Assembly: GCA_965261185.1 (NCBI GenBank)
Contig: CBDHCN010000002.1
Location: forward strand, 1,760,813 to 1,824,812
Source: Candidatus Aldehydirespiratoraceae bacterium
GTDB lineage: Bacteria; Actinomycetota; Acidimicrobiia; Acidimicrobiales; Aldehydirespiratoraceae
Direction of reading: 5' to 3'
Length of the DNA stretch: 64,000 bases
Each line of letters begins with the position of its first letter. The first letter of the stretch is position 1. The position numbers and the translations under genes were made by a program. Below the pieces are notes generated by a model, which was not told the DNA's origin, searched no databases, and worked only from the letters and a program-made list of their open reading frames with translations. Positions 1 through 11,900 of the stretch are shown here, one piece after another.

Positions 1-271
<271 letters not shown>

Positions 272-410
272 GAAGATTTCCTGGGAATTAGTTGATCTAT
301 ATCGGCAGCTAGCGACTAACGGGCGCGCTCAGGCCGACGGCAAAGCATACGAGCGAGATGGAGGAACCTCAACCTGTCTGGCTCTTGAGGTTGAGCAAAT
401 TGATCTGTGA

Positions 411-3400
411 CTACTGGGTTGCGGCGTCGGCACTATCGACGGCCGTCTGCGAAGCAAGCCATGCGGCTAGATCTTCTTGCGGATCATCGCTGGAGTAGTA
501 GTCCATAGGCTCGTACTCGGGAGCCTTGGGTGCGATGTTGCGATACTCGCCCATGCCGGTGCCGGCGGGGATGAGTTTGCCGATGATGATGTTCTCCTTC
601 AAGCCGTGCAGTGAGTCGCTCTTCGACTCGATGGCGGCCTCGGTGAGGACACGAGTTGTTTCTTGGAACGACGCCGCGGATAGCCACGACTCGGTGGCCA
701 GCGATGCCTTGGTAATCCCCATCAACTGCGGGCGGCCCTCGGCAGGCTGCCCGCCCTCTTCGATAACCCGACGGTTGGTATCGGCGAAAGTCTTCTGGGC
801 TACCTGATAGCCAGGCAAGAAATCGGTGTCACCGGGCTCGTTGATCAGGATGCGCTTTGTCATCTGACGCACAATCAACTCGATGTGCTTGTCGTGAATC
901 GACACGCCCTGGTCGCGGTATACCTTCTGAACCTCGGTGACGAGATACTGCTGCGTCTCGCGCACACCCTTGATTTCAAGAAGTTCCTTGGGGTCGCGGG
1001 CTCCCTCAACCAGTGCATCACCGGCTCGGATTTCTTGACCGTCCAGGACCTCCAAGCGAGAACCCGAGGGGATCGTGTAAGACTGTTCCTCGCCGTCGTC
1101 TGCCACGATCACAATCTCACGCCCGCGGCCGTCATCCTCACCGACTCGAACTACCCCAGAGATACGGGCCAGCGTGGCTTTGCCCTTGGGAGTGCGAGCT
1201 TCGAAGAGTTCAACAACACGCGGCAAACCGCCGGCGATGTCTTGAGCGCCGGCGACACCACCCGTGTGGAACGTGCGCATGGTGAGCTGGGTTCCAGGTT
1301 CGCCGATCGATTGCGCGGCGATCACCCCGACTGCTTCGCCGAGTTCAATCATTCCTCCGGTAGCCAGAGACATCCCATAGGAATTTGCAGAGATCCCAAA
1401 AGCTGAATCGTCGGTTAGCGGCGATAGCACTCGCACCCGATTGACCTTTTCGTCGTCACGTAGCGCGGCAAGTTCATCGTCACCAACCATGGTGCCCCGC
1501 TCGATCACCGATCCGTCGGACAACTCGACATCGTCGGCGAGTACCCGACCAAAAAGCCTGGTTTCGAGGTGGGAGAGCTTGTCGGGCGTGTCGGGTTGAA
1601 TATCGTCAAGCCAAATCCCGCGTATCACACCGGGGCGATCGAATGGATCTTCTTCGTTGATTATGAGTTCCTGAGCGACATCGACCAGACGACGTGTGAG
1701 ATAGCCGGAGTCGGCGGTCCGCAATGCGGTGTCGACCAGTCCTTTGCGGGCACCTGGAGTGGCGATGAAATACTCAAGCATCTTCAGACCTTCGCGGAAG
1801 TTGCTCTTGATGGGGCGGGGGATCATGTCGCCGCGAGGGTTGGCTACAAGCCCACGCATGCCGGCAATCTGGCGCACCTGGGTTATGTTTCCTCGGGCAC
1901 CAGATGAAACCATCATGTTGACCGGGTTGAAATCGTCCGATTCAAGCTCGGCTTTCATGCGTGCCGTTACTTCTGCGGTGGCGCGAGACCAAAGTTCGAC
2001 CTCCATCTGGCGGCGCTCGCCGTCGGTGATGACACCGCGGCGGAACTGTCCTTCGATGGTGTCGGCCATCTTCTCGTGACGGTCCAGAATCTTGGCCTTC
2101 TCACGAGGTGTTGCCACATCGTCGATTGAGATCGTTAGACCTGACTGCATTGCGTAGCTGAAGCAGAGATCCTTGATGGCGTCGAGGCTCACGGCAACGT
2201 CCTGCTTGGCGTAGCCACGCGCCAAGTCATCAACGATCTGACCCATCACTTTCCTGTCGACTTTGGCGTTGATGTAGGGGTACGCGTCGGGAAGAGTTTC
2301 GTTAAAAAAGACGCGGCCCACTGTGGTGGGCTCGTATTGGGCTCCTTCACCGGAAGCACTGACCAACAGGTCAGGTACCCGGAACTGGATTGGAGCGTGA
2401 ATAGCCAGGTCGCCACGTTCATACGCGGAGTGGACTTCGCGCTCATCGCGGAACACCCGACCCGTACCAATGGCACCATCAACCTGCTCAGTCAGGTAGA
2501 ACGCGCCAATGATCATGTCTTGGGTAGGTGTCACCAAGGGGCGACCGTTGGCCGGACTCAGAACGTTGTTGGCACTCAGCATGAGCACTCGGGCTTCAGC
2601 CTGAGCTTCGGCCGACAACGGCAAATGGACCGCCATCTGGTCGCCGTCGAAATCGGCGTTGAAGGCGGTGCAAACCAACGGATGCAAGCGGATCGCCTTG
2701 CCTTCAACCAAAACCGGTTCGAAGGCCTGAATTCCTAGACGATGCAGGGTTGGGGCGCGATTCAAAAGCACTGGGTGTTCTTGAATGACGTCTTCGAGGA
2801 CGTCCCAAACCTGGGGCTTGCGACGTTCAACCATACGTTTGGCTGATTTGATGTTCTGCGCCAATTCGGCATCAACCAGCTTTTTCATGACAAAGGGCTT
2901 GAAGAGTTCAAGGGCCATGATCTTGGGCAGGCCGCATTGATGGAATTTCAGCGTTGGTCCGACCACGATGACCGAACGGCCTGAATAGTCGACACGCTTG
3001 CCGAGCAAGTTCTGACGGAACCGGCCCTGCTTCCCCTTGAGCATGTCTGACAGAGACTTCAGGGGGCGATTACCGGGACCGGTGACGGGGCGGCCACGAC
3101 GTCCGTTATCGAACAACGCGTCAACTGCTTCTTGCAACATTCGCTTCTCGTTGTTGATGATGATGTCTGGAGCACCGATGTCGAGCAGACGCTTCAGTCG
3201 GTTGTTGCGGTTGATGACCCGTCGATAAAGATCATTGAGATCCGACGTTGCGAAACGACCACCGTCGAGCTGAACCATGGGGCGCAGCTCCGGTGGGATG
3301 ATCGGGATGGCATCAAGGATCATGGCTCGGGGACTGTTGATCCGGCGGCCGTGGTCGTCGCGGCGATTGAATGCAGCCAAGATCCTGAGGCGTTTGATGG

Positions 3401-4313
3401 CCTTCTGCTTGCGCTGCGCGGATAGACCCCGCTGCCCTTCGGGCGGGTTGATCTGCTGTCTGAGGGTCTCTTCTTCCTCGTCGAAATCGAGTGTCTCGGC
3501 GAGGTGGGCTATAGCGCTGGCTCCCATGCCACCCTCGAAGTACTTGCCCCAGCGATCCTGCATCTCGCGCCAGAGCATTTCGTCTTCAACGATTTGTCGA
3601 GCGAAGAGACCCGTGAACTCTTCCCAAGCTCGGTCGAGGGTGTCGAGTTCGATCTCGTACTGCTCGCGGATGTCGGCGAGTTCCCGGTCGGCTTGGCGGC
3701 GCAGGGCTTTCAATTCGGAATCCTTGGCACCGCTCTGCTCAAGGGATTCGAGTTCGCCTTCGAGTTCCTCGTTGCGCCTCTCGAGTTCTTCTTCCATCTC
3801 GGAGTTGATGGCGTCGCGCTCGGCTACAACTTCGGCTTCAAGCTCGCTCAGATCGGCGTCGCGCCGTTCCTCGTCAACCGATACCACCAGGTTGGCGGCG
3901 AAATAGATGACTTTCTCGAGCTGCTTGGCCTTGAGTTCCTCACGGGGCTGAGTCCCCATGAGCAGATAGGCCAGCCAAGAACGGGTGCCGCGCAGGTACC
4001 AGATGTGCACGGCAGGCGCGGCGAGTTCAAGGTGACCCATGCGCTCACGACGCACCTTTGAGCGCGTTACCTCAACGCCGCAACGCTCGCAGATGATGCC
4101 CTTGAAGCGTACGCGCTTGTATTTTCCGCAAGAGCACTCCCAGTCCTTGGTAGGGCCAAAGATCTTTTCGCAGAACAGTCCGTCTTTTTCGGGCTTGAGC
4201 GTCCGGTAGTTGATGGTCTCGGGCTTTTTGACCTCACCATTGGACCAGGTGCGAATGCTGTCGGCGGTGGCGAGCCCAATTTTTAGGTTCGAGAAATCGT
4301 TGACATCGAGCAT
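411..4313 (-). CDS. rpoC: DNA-directed RNA polymerase subunit beta-prime
   Basis: 1300-aa ORF with the zinc-finger [23 protein letters not shown], the catalytic NADFDGDQM motif and bridge-helix/trigger-loop regions. An acidic coiled-coil insertion lies at about aa 145-235. Confidence 0.98.
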   Translation of the reverse strand: MLDVNDFSNLKIGLATADSIRTWSNGEVKKPETINYRTLKPEKDGLFCEKIFGPTKDWECSCGKYKRVRFKGIICERCGVEVTRSKVRRERMGHLELAAPAVHIWYLRGTRSWLAYLLMGTQPREELKAKQLEKVIYFAANLVVSVDEERRDADLSELEAEVVAERDAINSEMEEELERRNEELEGELESLEQSGAKDSELKALRRQADRELADIREQYEIELDTLDRAWEEFTGLFARQIVEDEMLWREMQDRWGKYFEGGMGASAIAHLAETLDFDEEEETLRQQINPPEGQRGLSAQRKQKAIKRLRILAAFNRRDDHGRRINSPRAMILDAIPIIPPELRPMVQLDGGRFATSDLNDLYRRVINRNNRLKRLLDIGAPDIIINNEKRMLQEAVDALFDNGRRGRPVTGPGNRPLKSLSDMLKGKQGRFRQNLLGKRVDYSGRSVIVVGPTLKFHQCGLPKIMALELFKPFVMKKLVDAELAQNIKSAKRMVERRKPQVWDVLEDVIQEHPVLLNRAPTLHRLGIQAFEPVLVEGKAIRLHPLVCTAFNADFDGDQMAVHLPLSAEAQAEARVLMLSANNVLSPANGRPLVTPTQDMIIGAFYLTEQVDGAIGTGRVFRDEREVHSAYERGDLAIHAPIQFRVPDLLVSASGEGAQYEPTTVGRVFFNETLPDAYPYINAKVDRKVMGQIVDDLARGYAKQDVAVSLDAIKDLCFSYAMQSGLTISIDDVATPREKAKILDRHEKMADTIEGQFRRGVITDGERRQMEVELWSRATAEVTARMKAELESDDFNPVNMMVSSGARGNITQVRQIAGMRGLVANPRGDMIPRPIKSNFREGLKMLEYFIATPGARKGLVDTALRTADSGYLTRRLVDVAQELIINEEDPFDRPGVIRGIWLDDIQPDTPDKLSHLETRLFGRVLADDVELSDGSVIERGTMVGDDELAALRDDEKVNRVRVLSPLTDDSAFGISANSYGMSLATGGMIELGEAVGVIAAQSIGEPGTQLTMRTFHTGGVAGAQDIAGGLPRVVELFEARTPKGKATLARISGVVRVGEDDGRGREIVIVADDGEEQSYTIPSGSRLEVLDGQEIRAGDALVEGARDPKELLEIKGVRETQQYLVTEVQKVYRDQGVSIHDKHIELIVRQMTKRILINEPGDTDFLPGYQVAQKTFADTNRRVIEEGGQPAEGRPQLMGITKASLATESWLSAASFQETTRVLTEAAIESKSDSLHGLKENIIIGKLIPAGTGMGEYRNIAPKAPEYEPMDYYSSDDPQEDLAAWLASQTAVDSADAATQ

Positions 4314-4344
4314 GACTGTCCTCTCAGCTCTCTAGTTCTGCCGC

Positions 4345-7300
4345 TCAGCCGCGGGCCGCACGAGCCGCGGCGCGGGCTGCATCTTCTTCATCCGAACCTC
4401 GTTCGGGGCGCTGGAGATCAATACCCAGTTCCTCGACGGTTCTGAAAGTTTCTTCATCGAGCTCCTGCATCTCGATTTCCTGGCCCTCTTTGGAGAGGAC
4501 CTCCACGTTGATGCACAAGGCCTGCATTTCCTTGATGAGCACCTTGAAGGACTCGGGGATGCCAGGCTCGGGAATGTTGTCGCCCTTGACGATGGCCTCG
4601 TAGACCTTGACGCGGCCCAAGACATCGTCGGATTTGATGGTGAGCAGCTCTTGTAGGCAGTAGGCGGCACCGTACGCTTCCAGAGCCCACACTTCCATTT
4701 CGCCGAACCGCTGCCCACCGAACTGGGCTTTACCGCCGAGCGGCTGTTGCGTGATCATCGAGTATGGACCCGTTGAGCGGGCGTGGATCTTGTCGTCGAC
4801 GAGGTGTGACAACTTCAAGATGTAGACGTATCCCGTCATGATCGGGTTGTCGTAGGGTTCGCCGGTGCGCCCGTTGTAAAGCATCTGCTTGCCGTCGTTA
4901 CCGATGAGGCGGGAAGTGCCATCGTGGCTCTCAGGGTTGAGGTTTTTGAGAATGTCGACGATCACTGGCTTGTCGCCCGCTAGTTCCTTTTCGTCCCACT
5001 TGGCGCCGTCAAACACGGGGGTGGCGACAAAAATCGCGGGTTTTGTGGTCGGGCGAGTTTTGGTTTCAGTTCCCCGAGGAGCCTCGACACCAACTTTCTC
5101 CCCGTCGGTTTCCCAACCCCAGCGAGCGCAGTAGCCGAGGTGAGCTTCGAGTACCTGCCCCACGTTCATGCGCGACGGTACGCCCAGCGGGTTGAGAATA
5201 ATGTCGACTTGCTGTCCGTCGGCGTTGAAGGGCATGTCCTCAATAGGCAGGATTTTGGAGATGACGCCTTTGTTGCCGTGGCGACCAGCGAGCTTGTCGC
5301 CAACGCTTATCTTGCGTTTCTGGGCTACATAGACCCGGACTAGCTGATTGACGCCAGGCGGAAGTTCGGCGTCGTCACGGCTGAAGGCCTTGACATCGAT
5401 GACCTTGCCGCTCTCGCCGTGCGGAACCTTGAGCGAGGTGTCGCGCACTTCTCGGGCTTTCTCGCCAAAGATCGCCCGCAACAGGCGCTCTTCTGGCGTC
5501 AGTTCCGTCTCACCTTTGGGTGTGACCTTGCCGACCAGCACATCTCCTGGTCCGACTTCGGCACCCACGCGGATAATCCCACGTTCGTCGAGGTCAGCAA
5601 GGATGTCGTCGCTCAGGTTGGGGATGTCTCGGGTGATGTCCTCGGCCCCGAGCTTGGTGTCGCGGGCATCTATTTCGTGCTCATGGATATGGACCGAAGT
5701 GAGCACGTCGTCTTTGACAAGCCGCTCAGAAAGAATGATGGCGTCCTCAAAATTGTAGCCCTCCCAGGGCATGAAGGCCACGAGCAGGTTCTTACCGAGT
5801 GCCAGTTCGCCGTTGTCGGTTGAAGGACCATCGGCCAACAACTGGCCAACTTTCACCTTGTCGCCAACCGCGACTCGCGGCTTTTGGGATATGCAGGAAT
5901 CCTGATTTGAGCGCTCGAATCGCTTGAGCCGGATGTTGCGTTCGCCGAGCTTCTTGTAGTCGATGATCATGTGGTCAGCGTCGAGTTCGAGCACGGTGCC
6001 GTCATCTTCCGCGAGCACCATGTCGCCTGCGTCGGTAGCGCAGTCGGTTTCAATACCGGTACCGATGTAGGGCGCTTCGGAACGCACCAATGGCACAGCT
6101 TGGCGCTGCATGTTGGCACCCATCAGGGCACGGTTGGCGTCGTCGTGTTCGAGGAAGGGGATCAGCGCAGTGGCAACCGAGATGATCTGTTTCGGAGAGA
6201 CGTCCATCATCTGGACTTCGTCGGGGGGTACCGATGAGATTTCAGTGGTTGCGCCGAAGAACACATCTTCGTCGAGCTGGGCGCGTAGTTCTTTCAGAGA
6301 CACTGCTTGCGGTGAACGCCTTACCAGCACGCGGTCGTTGATGAATTTGCCTTCGTCGTCGATGGGGGCGTTGGCCTGGGCGACCACGAACTCTTCTTCT
6401 TCATCGGCGGCGAGGTAGACGATCTCGTCGGTGACTTTGCCATCGGTGACCACCCGGTAGGGGGATTCGATGAAACCGAAGGGATTAACCCGGGCGTAAG
6501 AGGCCAGACCACCGATAAGGCCGATATTGGGGCCCTCGGGTGTTTCGATGGGGCACATGCGGCCGTAGTGCGAGAAGTGAACGTCGCGCACTTCGAAGCC
6601 CGCTCGCTCTCGGGACAAACCACCGGGACCGAGTGCGGACAACCGGCGGCGGTGAGTCAACCCGGATAGCGGGTTGACCTGATCCATGAACTGCGAAAGC
6701 TGCGAGGTCCCGAAGAACTCTTTGATCGCTGCGACAACGGGTCGGATGTTGATCAACGTCTGAGGAGCGATTGCTTCCACATCCTGGGTGGTCATCCGTT
6801 CGCGCACGACCCGCTCCATACGCGACAAGCCGATGCGGACCTGATTCTGGATCAACTCACCGACGCTGCGGATGCGGCGGTTGGCGAAGTGGTCCTGGTC
6901 GTCGAGGCGGTAGCCGGGGGTGGCATGAGCCAAGTTGAGCAGGTAGGTGGTTGCAGCCAGCATTTCGGCTTGGGCCAACACCGACTGGTTTGGGTCGGGT
7001 CTTTCCAGATCTAGACCAAATTGCTGTTCGAGGAAGTCGATCTCTGGACCGAGCTTGCGGTTGAGCTTGTAACGGCCTACCCGAGACAGGTCGTAGCGAC
7101 GAGAATCGAAGAAGGCATTGCGGAAATACGAGCGAGCCGATTCAACCGTGTGCGGTTCGCCGGGGCGTGCCCGCTTATAGATCTCAAGGAGTGATTCTTC
7201 GCGTGTCGGGGCGATGTCCTTGTCTTTTTCCCACTGGCCTTCGAGAAGGTAGAAGTGATCAACTAGCCGGTCGAGGAAACCCGGTTCGTTCTCCTCGTCG

Positions 7301-7932
7301 TAGCCGAGGGCTCGCAGCAAGGTGAACAGTGAGATGCGACGCTTGCGGGCGACCCGGGCGCCGGCGGTCGTGTCCTTGCCTGGCTTCTGCTCTACGTCGA
7401 ACTCAATCCATTCGCCCCGGTACGGATGGATCGTGCCGGTGACGATCTGATGCTTGCTGCGGTTGCGCAGTCGGTAGCGTTCGCCGGGTTGGAAGATGAC
7501 TCCGGGGGAGCGCACGAGTTGTGAAACCACCACTCGCTCGGTGCCGTTGATGATGAAAGTCCCTTTGTCCGTCATCATCGGGAAATCACCCATGAAGACG
7601 GTCTGTTCTTTGATTTCACCAGTGTTGGCGTTCATGAACCGGGCGCGCACGAAGATCGGCGCGCTGTAGGTCATGTCCTTTTCTTTGCATTCTTCAACGG
7701 TGAACTTCGGCGGTGGACAAAGGTCCTCGTCGTCGGGATCAAATTCAAGTTCAAGTTGAAGCGTTTCCGCGAAGTCGCGGATCGGACTGATGTCTCGGAA
7801 GGTCTGAGCCAGCCCCTCCTTGAGCAGCCAATCAAACGACTTTCGTTGAACGGCAGTCAGATTCGGCAATTCGAGAACCTCTTTGAGGTTTCCGAATGAA
7901 TAGCGTTCGCGTGGTTCGGCGCGTGTTGTCAC
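4345..7932 (-). CDS. rpoB: DNA-directed RNA polymerase subunit beta
   Basis: 1195-aa ORF with conserved beta motifs ([27 protein letters not shown]-type [15 protein letters not shown]). It lies 31 nt upstream of rpoC. Confidence 0.98.
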   Translation of the reverse strand: MTTRAEPRERYSFGNLKEVLELPNLTAVQRKSFDWLLKEGLAQTFRDISPIRDFAETLQLELEFDPDDEDLCPPPKFTVEECKEKDMTYSAPIFVRARFMNANTGEIKEQTVFMGDFPMMTDKGTFIINGTERVVVSQLVRSPGVIFQPGERYRLRNRSKHQIVTGTIHPYRGEWIEFDVEQKPGKDTTAGARVARKRRISLFTLLRALGYDEENEPGFLDRLVDHFYLLEGQWEKDKDIAPTREESLLEIYKRARPGEPHTVESARSYFRNAFFDSRRYDLSRVGRYKLNRKLGPEIDFLEQQFGLDLERPDPNQSVLAQAEMLAATTYLLNLAHATPGYRLDDQDHFANRRIRSVGELIQNQVRIGLSRMERVVRERMTTQDVEAIAPQTLINIRPVVAAIKEFFGTSQLSQFMDQVNPLSGLTHRRRLSALGPGGLSRERAGFEVRDVHFSHYGRMCPIETPEGPNIGLIGGLASYARVNPFGFIESPYRVVTDGKVTDEIVYLAADEEEEFVVAQANAPIDDEGKFINDRVLVRRSPQAVSLKELRAQLDEDVFFGATTEISSVPPDEVQMMDVSPKQIISVATALIPFLEHDDANRALMGANMQRQAVPLVRSEAPYIGTGIETDCATDAGDMVLAEDDGTVLELDADHMIIDYKKLGERNIRLKRFERSNQDSCISQKPRVAVGDKVKVGQLLADGPSTDNGELALGKNLLVAFMPWEGYNFEDAIILSERLVKDDVLTSVHIHEHEIDARDTKLGAEDITRDIPNLSDDILADLDERGIIRVGAEVGPGDVLVGKVTPKGETELTPEERLLRAIFGEKAREVRDTSLKVPHGESGKVIDVKAFSRDDAELPPGVNQLVRVYVAQKRKISVGDKLAGRHGNKGVISKILPIEDMPFNADGQQVDIILNPLGVPSRMNVGQVLEAHLGYCARWGWETDGEKVGVEAPRGTETKTRPTTKPAIFVATPVFDGAKWDEKELAGDKPVIVDILKNLNPESHDGTSRLIGNDGKQMLYNGRTGEPYDNPIMTGYVYILKLSHLVDDKIHARSTGPYSMITQQPLGGKAQFGGQRFGEMEVWALEAYGAAYCLQELLTIKSDDVLGRVKVYEAIVKGDNIPEPGIPESFKVLIKEMQALCINVEVLSKEGQEIEMQELDEETFRTVEELGIDLQRPERGSDEEDAARAAARAARG

Positions 7933-8079
7933 TAGTGCTCCTGAGTTGCCAGTGAACGAAGACAGAGCGCGGCCACCGGAGCGCGAGAAATCGATGGGAA
8001 GTTAGTCGGAACAGGCGCCAAGGGGACCACGCTGTCTCAAAGGCTAGTGGACCGTGAGCTTGGCGGCAACTTGGGCAAC

Positions 8080-8111
8080 AAAAAGCCGCGCCTGCCCTTT
8101 GTATAGGCGGC
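8080..8111 (-). terminator. Candidate intrinsic terminator/attenuator between the phosphatase gene and rpoB
   Basis: On the minus strand, GCCGCCT - 11 nt loop - AGGCGCGGC (one bulge) is followed by TTTTTG. It lies ~90 nt after the stop at 8203 and ~150 nt before the rpoB start. Folded by eye only. Confidence 0.35.
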
Positions 8112-8202
8112 ACGCACCCGGCCGGTTGACCAGCCGAAAGATACACGAAGATTAGAACAGTTACCTGCCAAGGTCAAGTACCGAGCGCGCAGCAGAGGAT
8201 TC

Positions 8203-9180
8203 TCAGGCGGCTGTTGTGCACAGATTGGAGCGAGCTGCTGCGATCATTTCATCGCTCACGCCGATCGAATTGAGGTAGTTCGCGTGGTCTCCCCAACGTT
8301 GCTCCAGCCCCTCTAGCGTCTGTCGCATCACTGCTCTTGGTGATTGCCACATCGTCTCGAAATCGTCTGGGTTGAAGCCGGCAGATCGGATCTGCTCTCG
8401 GAAGGGTGATTCGGAGTTGGGTCGCCGGTATTGCTGGCTTATCTCGTAGTCATCGAGCAGATACGGTGCGGATACTCCGGCGAGTCCGAGAAGCACCATC
8501 GCCATGACTCCGGTTCGGTCTTTGCCTGCTGTGCAATGGAAAAGGATGCGGTGTCCCTCGATTATCTCATTGATCACTTCTATGAAGTAGTCGCCGAATC
8601 CTTCGAGCATGCCCAGATACCCAGAAGACATGTCGTCATTGTCGAACTTCAAAAGAGTGCCGTCGAGGATTCGCGCCAGCATGCTGCGTTGTTGTGCCAC
8701 GTCGCTCGACATCGGAAGGTGAACGTGTTTGACCGCGCTGGGCAGTCGATCTGGTGCCATCGCGACTTCGCCGTTGCTGCGCAGATCAAACACGCTGGAA
8801 ATATTCAACGACTCGATTTGTGCCTGATCGTCGGCGGTGAGTCCGTCAAGACGGTCGCTGCGAAACAGCCGTCCCCAGCGTGAGTAGGAGCCGTCTGCGG
8901 TTGGGTAACCGCCGAGGTCTCGAAAGTTGTCGGGTCCGTCCATCTTCAGGCACCTCTCGGCCCCGACGATGAACCCTTGTTCGGGTTCGAACAAGTGAAT
9001 GTATTGTCGGCTCGCGGTGCGAGCGATCACGGTGCGGCCTACCGTATCGGGGGCGCGAATATCGGTTCCAGGATCGTCGGGATCAGCCGAAACGAAGACC
9101 GACAACGACGGTGATCCACCTCGCCAGGTAACGATCAACTCGTCGTCATTTGAGACAACGTTGATGTGGGTGACGGTCAC
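8203..9180 (-). CDS. Protein-tyrosine/dual-specificity phosphatase family protein (Y_phosphatase3-like)
   Basis: 325-aa ORF with the CX5R P-loop HCTAGKDRTG and the typical upstream NFRDLGGY segment. It carries an extra ~60-aa N-terminal region. Confidence 0.8.
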   Translation of the reverse strand: MTVTHINVVSNDDELIVTWRGGSPSLSVFVSADPDDPGTDIRAPDTVGRTVIARTASRQYIHLFEPEQGFIVGAERCLKMDGPDNFRDLGGYPTADGSYSRWGRLFRSDRLDGLTADDQAQIESLNISSVFDLRSNGEVAMAPDRLPSAVKHVHLPMSSDVAQQRSMLARILDGTLLKFDNDDMSSGYLGMLEGFGDYFIEVINEIIEGHRILFHCTAGKDRTGVMAMVLLGLAGVSAPYLLDDYEISQQYRRPNSESPFREQIRSAGFNPDDFETMWQSPRAVMRQTLEGLEQRWGDHANYLNSIGVSDEMIAAARSNLCTTAA

Positions 9181-9576
9181 CTATTGGAGTTCGACGCTGG
9201 CGCCTGCTGCTTCGAGAGCTTCTTTGGCTTTCTCTGCGTCTGCAACAGCGATACCTTCCAAGATTTTGTTGGGGGCACCGTCGACCAACTCTTTGGCTTC
9301 CTTGAGGCCCAGGGAGGTGAGAGAGCGCACCTCTTTGATGACCTGAATCTTCTTTTCGCCTATAGCGGTCAGGACGACATCAAACTCAGTTTGTTCTTCA
9401 TCCTCGGCTGGACTTTCACCGTCGCCGGCAGGTGCTGCGACCGCTGCGACGGCGGGCGCCGCGGCAGTGACACCGAACTTCTCTTCGAAGTCCGACAGCA
9501 ACTCGCTGAGTTCAAGGACACTCATGGCGCCGATTGCATCAAGGATCTGTTCTTTGGTTGCCTCTTTGGTTGCCAT
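9181..9576 (-). CDS. rplL: 50S ribosomal protein L7/L12
   Basis: Starting at the internal ATG (9576) gives [27 protein letters not shown]...[42 protein letters not shown]. An AGGAGG sits 8 nt upstream. The longer track ORF (to 9708) would run into rplJ. Confidence 0.93.
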   Translation of the reverse strand: MATKEATKEQILDAIGAMSVLELSELLSDFEEKFGVTAAAPAVAAVAAPAGDGESPAEDEEQTEFDVVLTAIGEKKIQVIKEVRSLTSLGLKEAKELVDGAPNKILEGIAVADAEKAKEALEAAGASVELQ

Positions 9577-9577
9577 G

Positions 9578-10279
9578 TCAGGCCTCCTTTTCTTGGCTGG
9601 CTTCGCCAGACTCGCCGGCGTTTCCGGCATCGGCGTCAGCCGACGCCTCGGTTTGTGTTTGTGCTTCGTCCGACTCAGCTGTGACCGCATCGGTTGCGGT
9701 GGTTTCATCGGTCGTGTTCACATCGGTGGTGGATTGGGGGCCGCCCCGGTCTTCGATCAGAGCGTTGAGTGCATAGGCGAATTGCCGTGGCACCGCCGAA
9801 AGCAGCCCAGCGAATTCGGCCATTGGTGCTTGGAATGTTCCAGCCAACTGCGCCAACAAGACATCGCGCGAAGGGAGCGCGGCCAGGGCTTTGATGTTGT
9901 CCGAGTTGAGCGGTTTGTTGCCGAGCACACCACCCTTGATGACCAACATTTGGTTGGTCTTTGCGAATTCCCGGAGGGCTTTCGCGACCGCGGCAACATC
10001 TCCGTCTGAACCGTCTGGCCGTTCTCCGACAAAAGCGAGCGCCGTCGGTCCGACGAGCAAGTCCTCAATCTCCAAGCCAGCGTCTCGCGCAGCTATGCGC
10101 ACCAGCGTGTTTTTGTAGATTTTGTACTCGCCACCTGCTTGGCGAAGAGCGTTGCGCAACTCGGCCATAGCGGAGACGTCAAGGCCCCGATATTCGGTGA
10201 GGATCGTGCCGTCGGTGTCAGCGAACTTCTGTTTCAGTTCGTCGACGACCGCAACTTTCTCAGGTCTCGGGTCTTTCAT
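9578..10279 (-). CDS. rplJ: 50S ribosomal protein L10 with a long acidic C-terminal tail
   Basis: 233 aa with an L10-like N-terminus ([42 protein letters not shown]). It lies directly upstream of rplL with a 1-nt gap. The last ~55 aa are D/E/T/A-rich. Confidence 0.93.
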   Translation of the reverse strand: MKDPRPEKVAVVDELKQKFADTDGTILTEYRGLDVSAMAELRNALRQAGGEYKIYKNTLVRIAARDAGLEIEDLLVGPTALAFVGERPDGSDGDVAAVAKALREFAKTNQMLVIKGGVLGNKPLNSDNIKALAALPSRDVLLAQLAGTFQAPMAEFAGLLSAVPRQFAYALNALIEDRGGPQSTTDVNTTDETTATDAVTAESDEAQTQTEASADADAGNAGESGEASQEKEA

Positions 10280-10537
10280 TTCGCTCCTCCTTTCAACTCG
10301 AAAAAAACTCTGGGGTAAAAAAACTTTGGGCGCTCACCGGATCGGCGAACGCCCAGACGAACCTCAAAATTTTTGGGGCAATTTTGGGGTAATCAGGAAG
10401 CTCTCCTCGTCCGGCGGGCGGCTGCCCATTGGTGCTCTTGCTGAGCGCACCGGAGGTCTTCGGTGAACAAGATCTGTAGTTGTGTCGGGGAGGGTACCAA
10501 GACGCGCGCGGTTTGACTCAGTGCCAAACACAGGCGA
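10280..10537 (-). promoter_or_regulatory. rplJ 5' leader (candidate L10-leader autoregulatory region)
   Basis: 258-nt untranslated gap between rplA and rplJ. It contains repeated CCCCAAAA(T) motifs and a GGGCG...CGCCC hairpin (10327-10353). The position matches the known L10(L12)4 feedback leader. The structure was not verified. Confidence 0.3.
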
Positions 10538-11236
10538 CTAGGCTTCGCTGCCGATCAAGGCTGGATCTACTTGAACACCGGGGCCCATGGTCGTGGAAAC
10601 CACGATCTTTTTGACGTACTTGCCTTTGGCAGCGGCAGGTTTGACCCGCTGAATTTCGGCCGTGAGCGCACGAAGGTTGCTCAGCAGCGCCTCTTCGCTG
10701 AAAGAGATCTTGCCGATCGGCACATGGACATTGGCAAAGCGATCCGTGCGGTACTCGACGGTGCCACCCTTGAATTCTCCGATCGCCTTGGCCACATCGG
10801 TGGTCACGGTGCCGGTCTTCGGATTGGGCATCAATCCCCGAGGGCCAAGGACACGACCGAGCTTTCCGACTGTGGGCATCATGTCGGGCGTAGCGATCGC
10901 CACATCGAAATCAGTCATGCCACCTTGCACCTCTGCGGCGAGTTCGTCACCGCCAACATGTTCTGCGCCAGCTTCACGAGCGGCGGTCGCCGCTTCACCT
11001 TGGGCGAACACTGCGACGCGGACATCTTTCCCGGTACCTGATGGAAGGGCCACTGTGCCGCGGATCATCTGATCGGCCTTGCGGGGATCAACGCTGAGCC
11101 GGATAACAGCATCGACGCTCTCGTCGAACTTCTTCGCACCAAACGATTTGATGATCGAAAGCGCGTCAACATCAGAATGCAGATGGTTGCGGTCGAACTT
11201 TGCGCTGTTGTCGTGGTATTGTTTACTCTTCGCCAT
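10538..11236 (-). CDS. rplA: 50S ribosomal protein L1
   Basis: 232 aa with L1 signatures (GTVALPSGTGKDVRVAVFA, GPRGLMPNPKTGTVT). Confidence 0.95.
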   Translation of the reverse strand: MAKSKQYHDNSAKFDRNHLHSDVDALSIIKSFGAKKFDESVDAVIRLSVDPRKADQMIRGTVALPSGTGKDVRVAVFAQGEAATAAREAGAEHVGGDELAAEVQGGMTDFDVAIATPDMMPTVGKLGRVLGPRGLMPNPKTGTVTTDVAKAIGEFKGGTVEYRTDRFANVHVPIGKISFSEEALLSNLRALTAEIQRVKPAAAKGKYVKKIVVSTTMGPGVQVDPALIGSEA

Positions 11237-11334
11237 GGATGGCTCCCTCTCGTTGGATGCCGCCCGGTGAGGTCTTCCGGTGCGAGCAGTTGGCTGGCTA
11301 TCAGCCGGTTGGTTCTTTCGGTCGGTTGGTGTGG

Positions 11335-11763
11335 TTAGCCAGACACCTCAACACCCATCGAGCGGGCGGTGCCAGCCACCTGAAGCTTGGCGCCCTCAAG
11401 ATCAATAGCGTTGAGATCAGGCATCTTTATTTCGGCGATTTGGGCAACTTGTGCGTCTGTGATCGATCCGACCGTCTCACGTCCGGTGTTGTTCGCTGCC
11501 AATTCGATGCCGGCTGCCTTCTTGATCAGATAGGTGGTGGGTGGTGTTTTGAGGATGAAGGAGAATGAGCGGTCTTCGAAGATGGTGATTTCCGCTGGGA
11601 TGATCTGACCGCGCCGGTCCTCGGTGGCGGTGTTGTAGTCCCTGCAAAAATCCATGATGGCAACGCCGTGAGGGCCAAGAGCCGTGCCGACGGGCGGCGC
11701 GGGTGATGCTTGACCGGCGGGGATTTGGATTTTTACGACAGTAGCGACCTGTTTTTTGGCCAT
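11335..11763 (-). CDS. rplK: 50S ribosomal protein L11
   Basis: 142 aa: [34 protein letters not shown]... Confidence 0.95.
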   Translation of the reverse strand: MAKKQVATVVKIQIPAGQASPAPPVGTALGPHGVAIMDFCRDYNTATEDRRGQIIPAEITIFEDRSFSFILKTPPTTYLIKKAAGIELAANNTGRETVGSITDAQVAQIAEIKMPDLNAIDLEGAKLQVAGTARSMGVEVSG

Positions 11764-11900
11764 GTGATTTCCTGATAGACGGGGAGCGATCCAGTGTGGG
11801 CCGGTTGAGCCTCCGCGACAACCTCAAGCGTCACAGAGATCGGCATCAGAACGCGCCAATTGTTAGTTGTTGGTTAGTTGGAGTTCGCCGAACGGCGCTG

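Noticed and set aside
3608-3881. Acidic coiled-coil segment in rpoC as a possible foreign insertion
   Set aside because: Its position between conserved regions matches the known lineage-specific beta-prime insertion of Actinomycetota. It is used only as taxonomic support.
526-7262. Numerous 60-210-aa ORFs in other frames or strands within rpoC and rpoB (e.g. 3277-3906, 3504-4061, 5348-5758)
   Set aside because: They are typical GC-rich shadow ORFs, lie entirely inside two unambiguous essential genes, and have low-complexity Arg/Ser/Pro-rich translations.
9181-9708. 175-aa version of the rplL ORF
   Set aside because: The N-terminal 44 codons overlap rplJ and are Arg/Pro-rich. The internal ATG at 9576 has an AGGAGG RBS and gives the canonical L7/L12 N-terminus.
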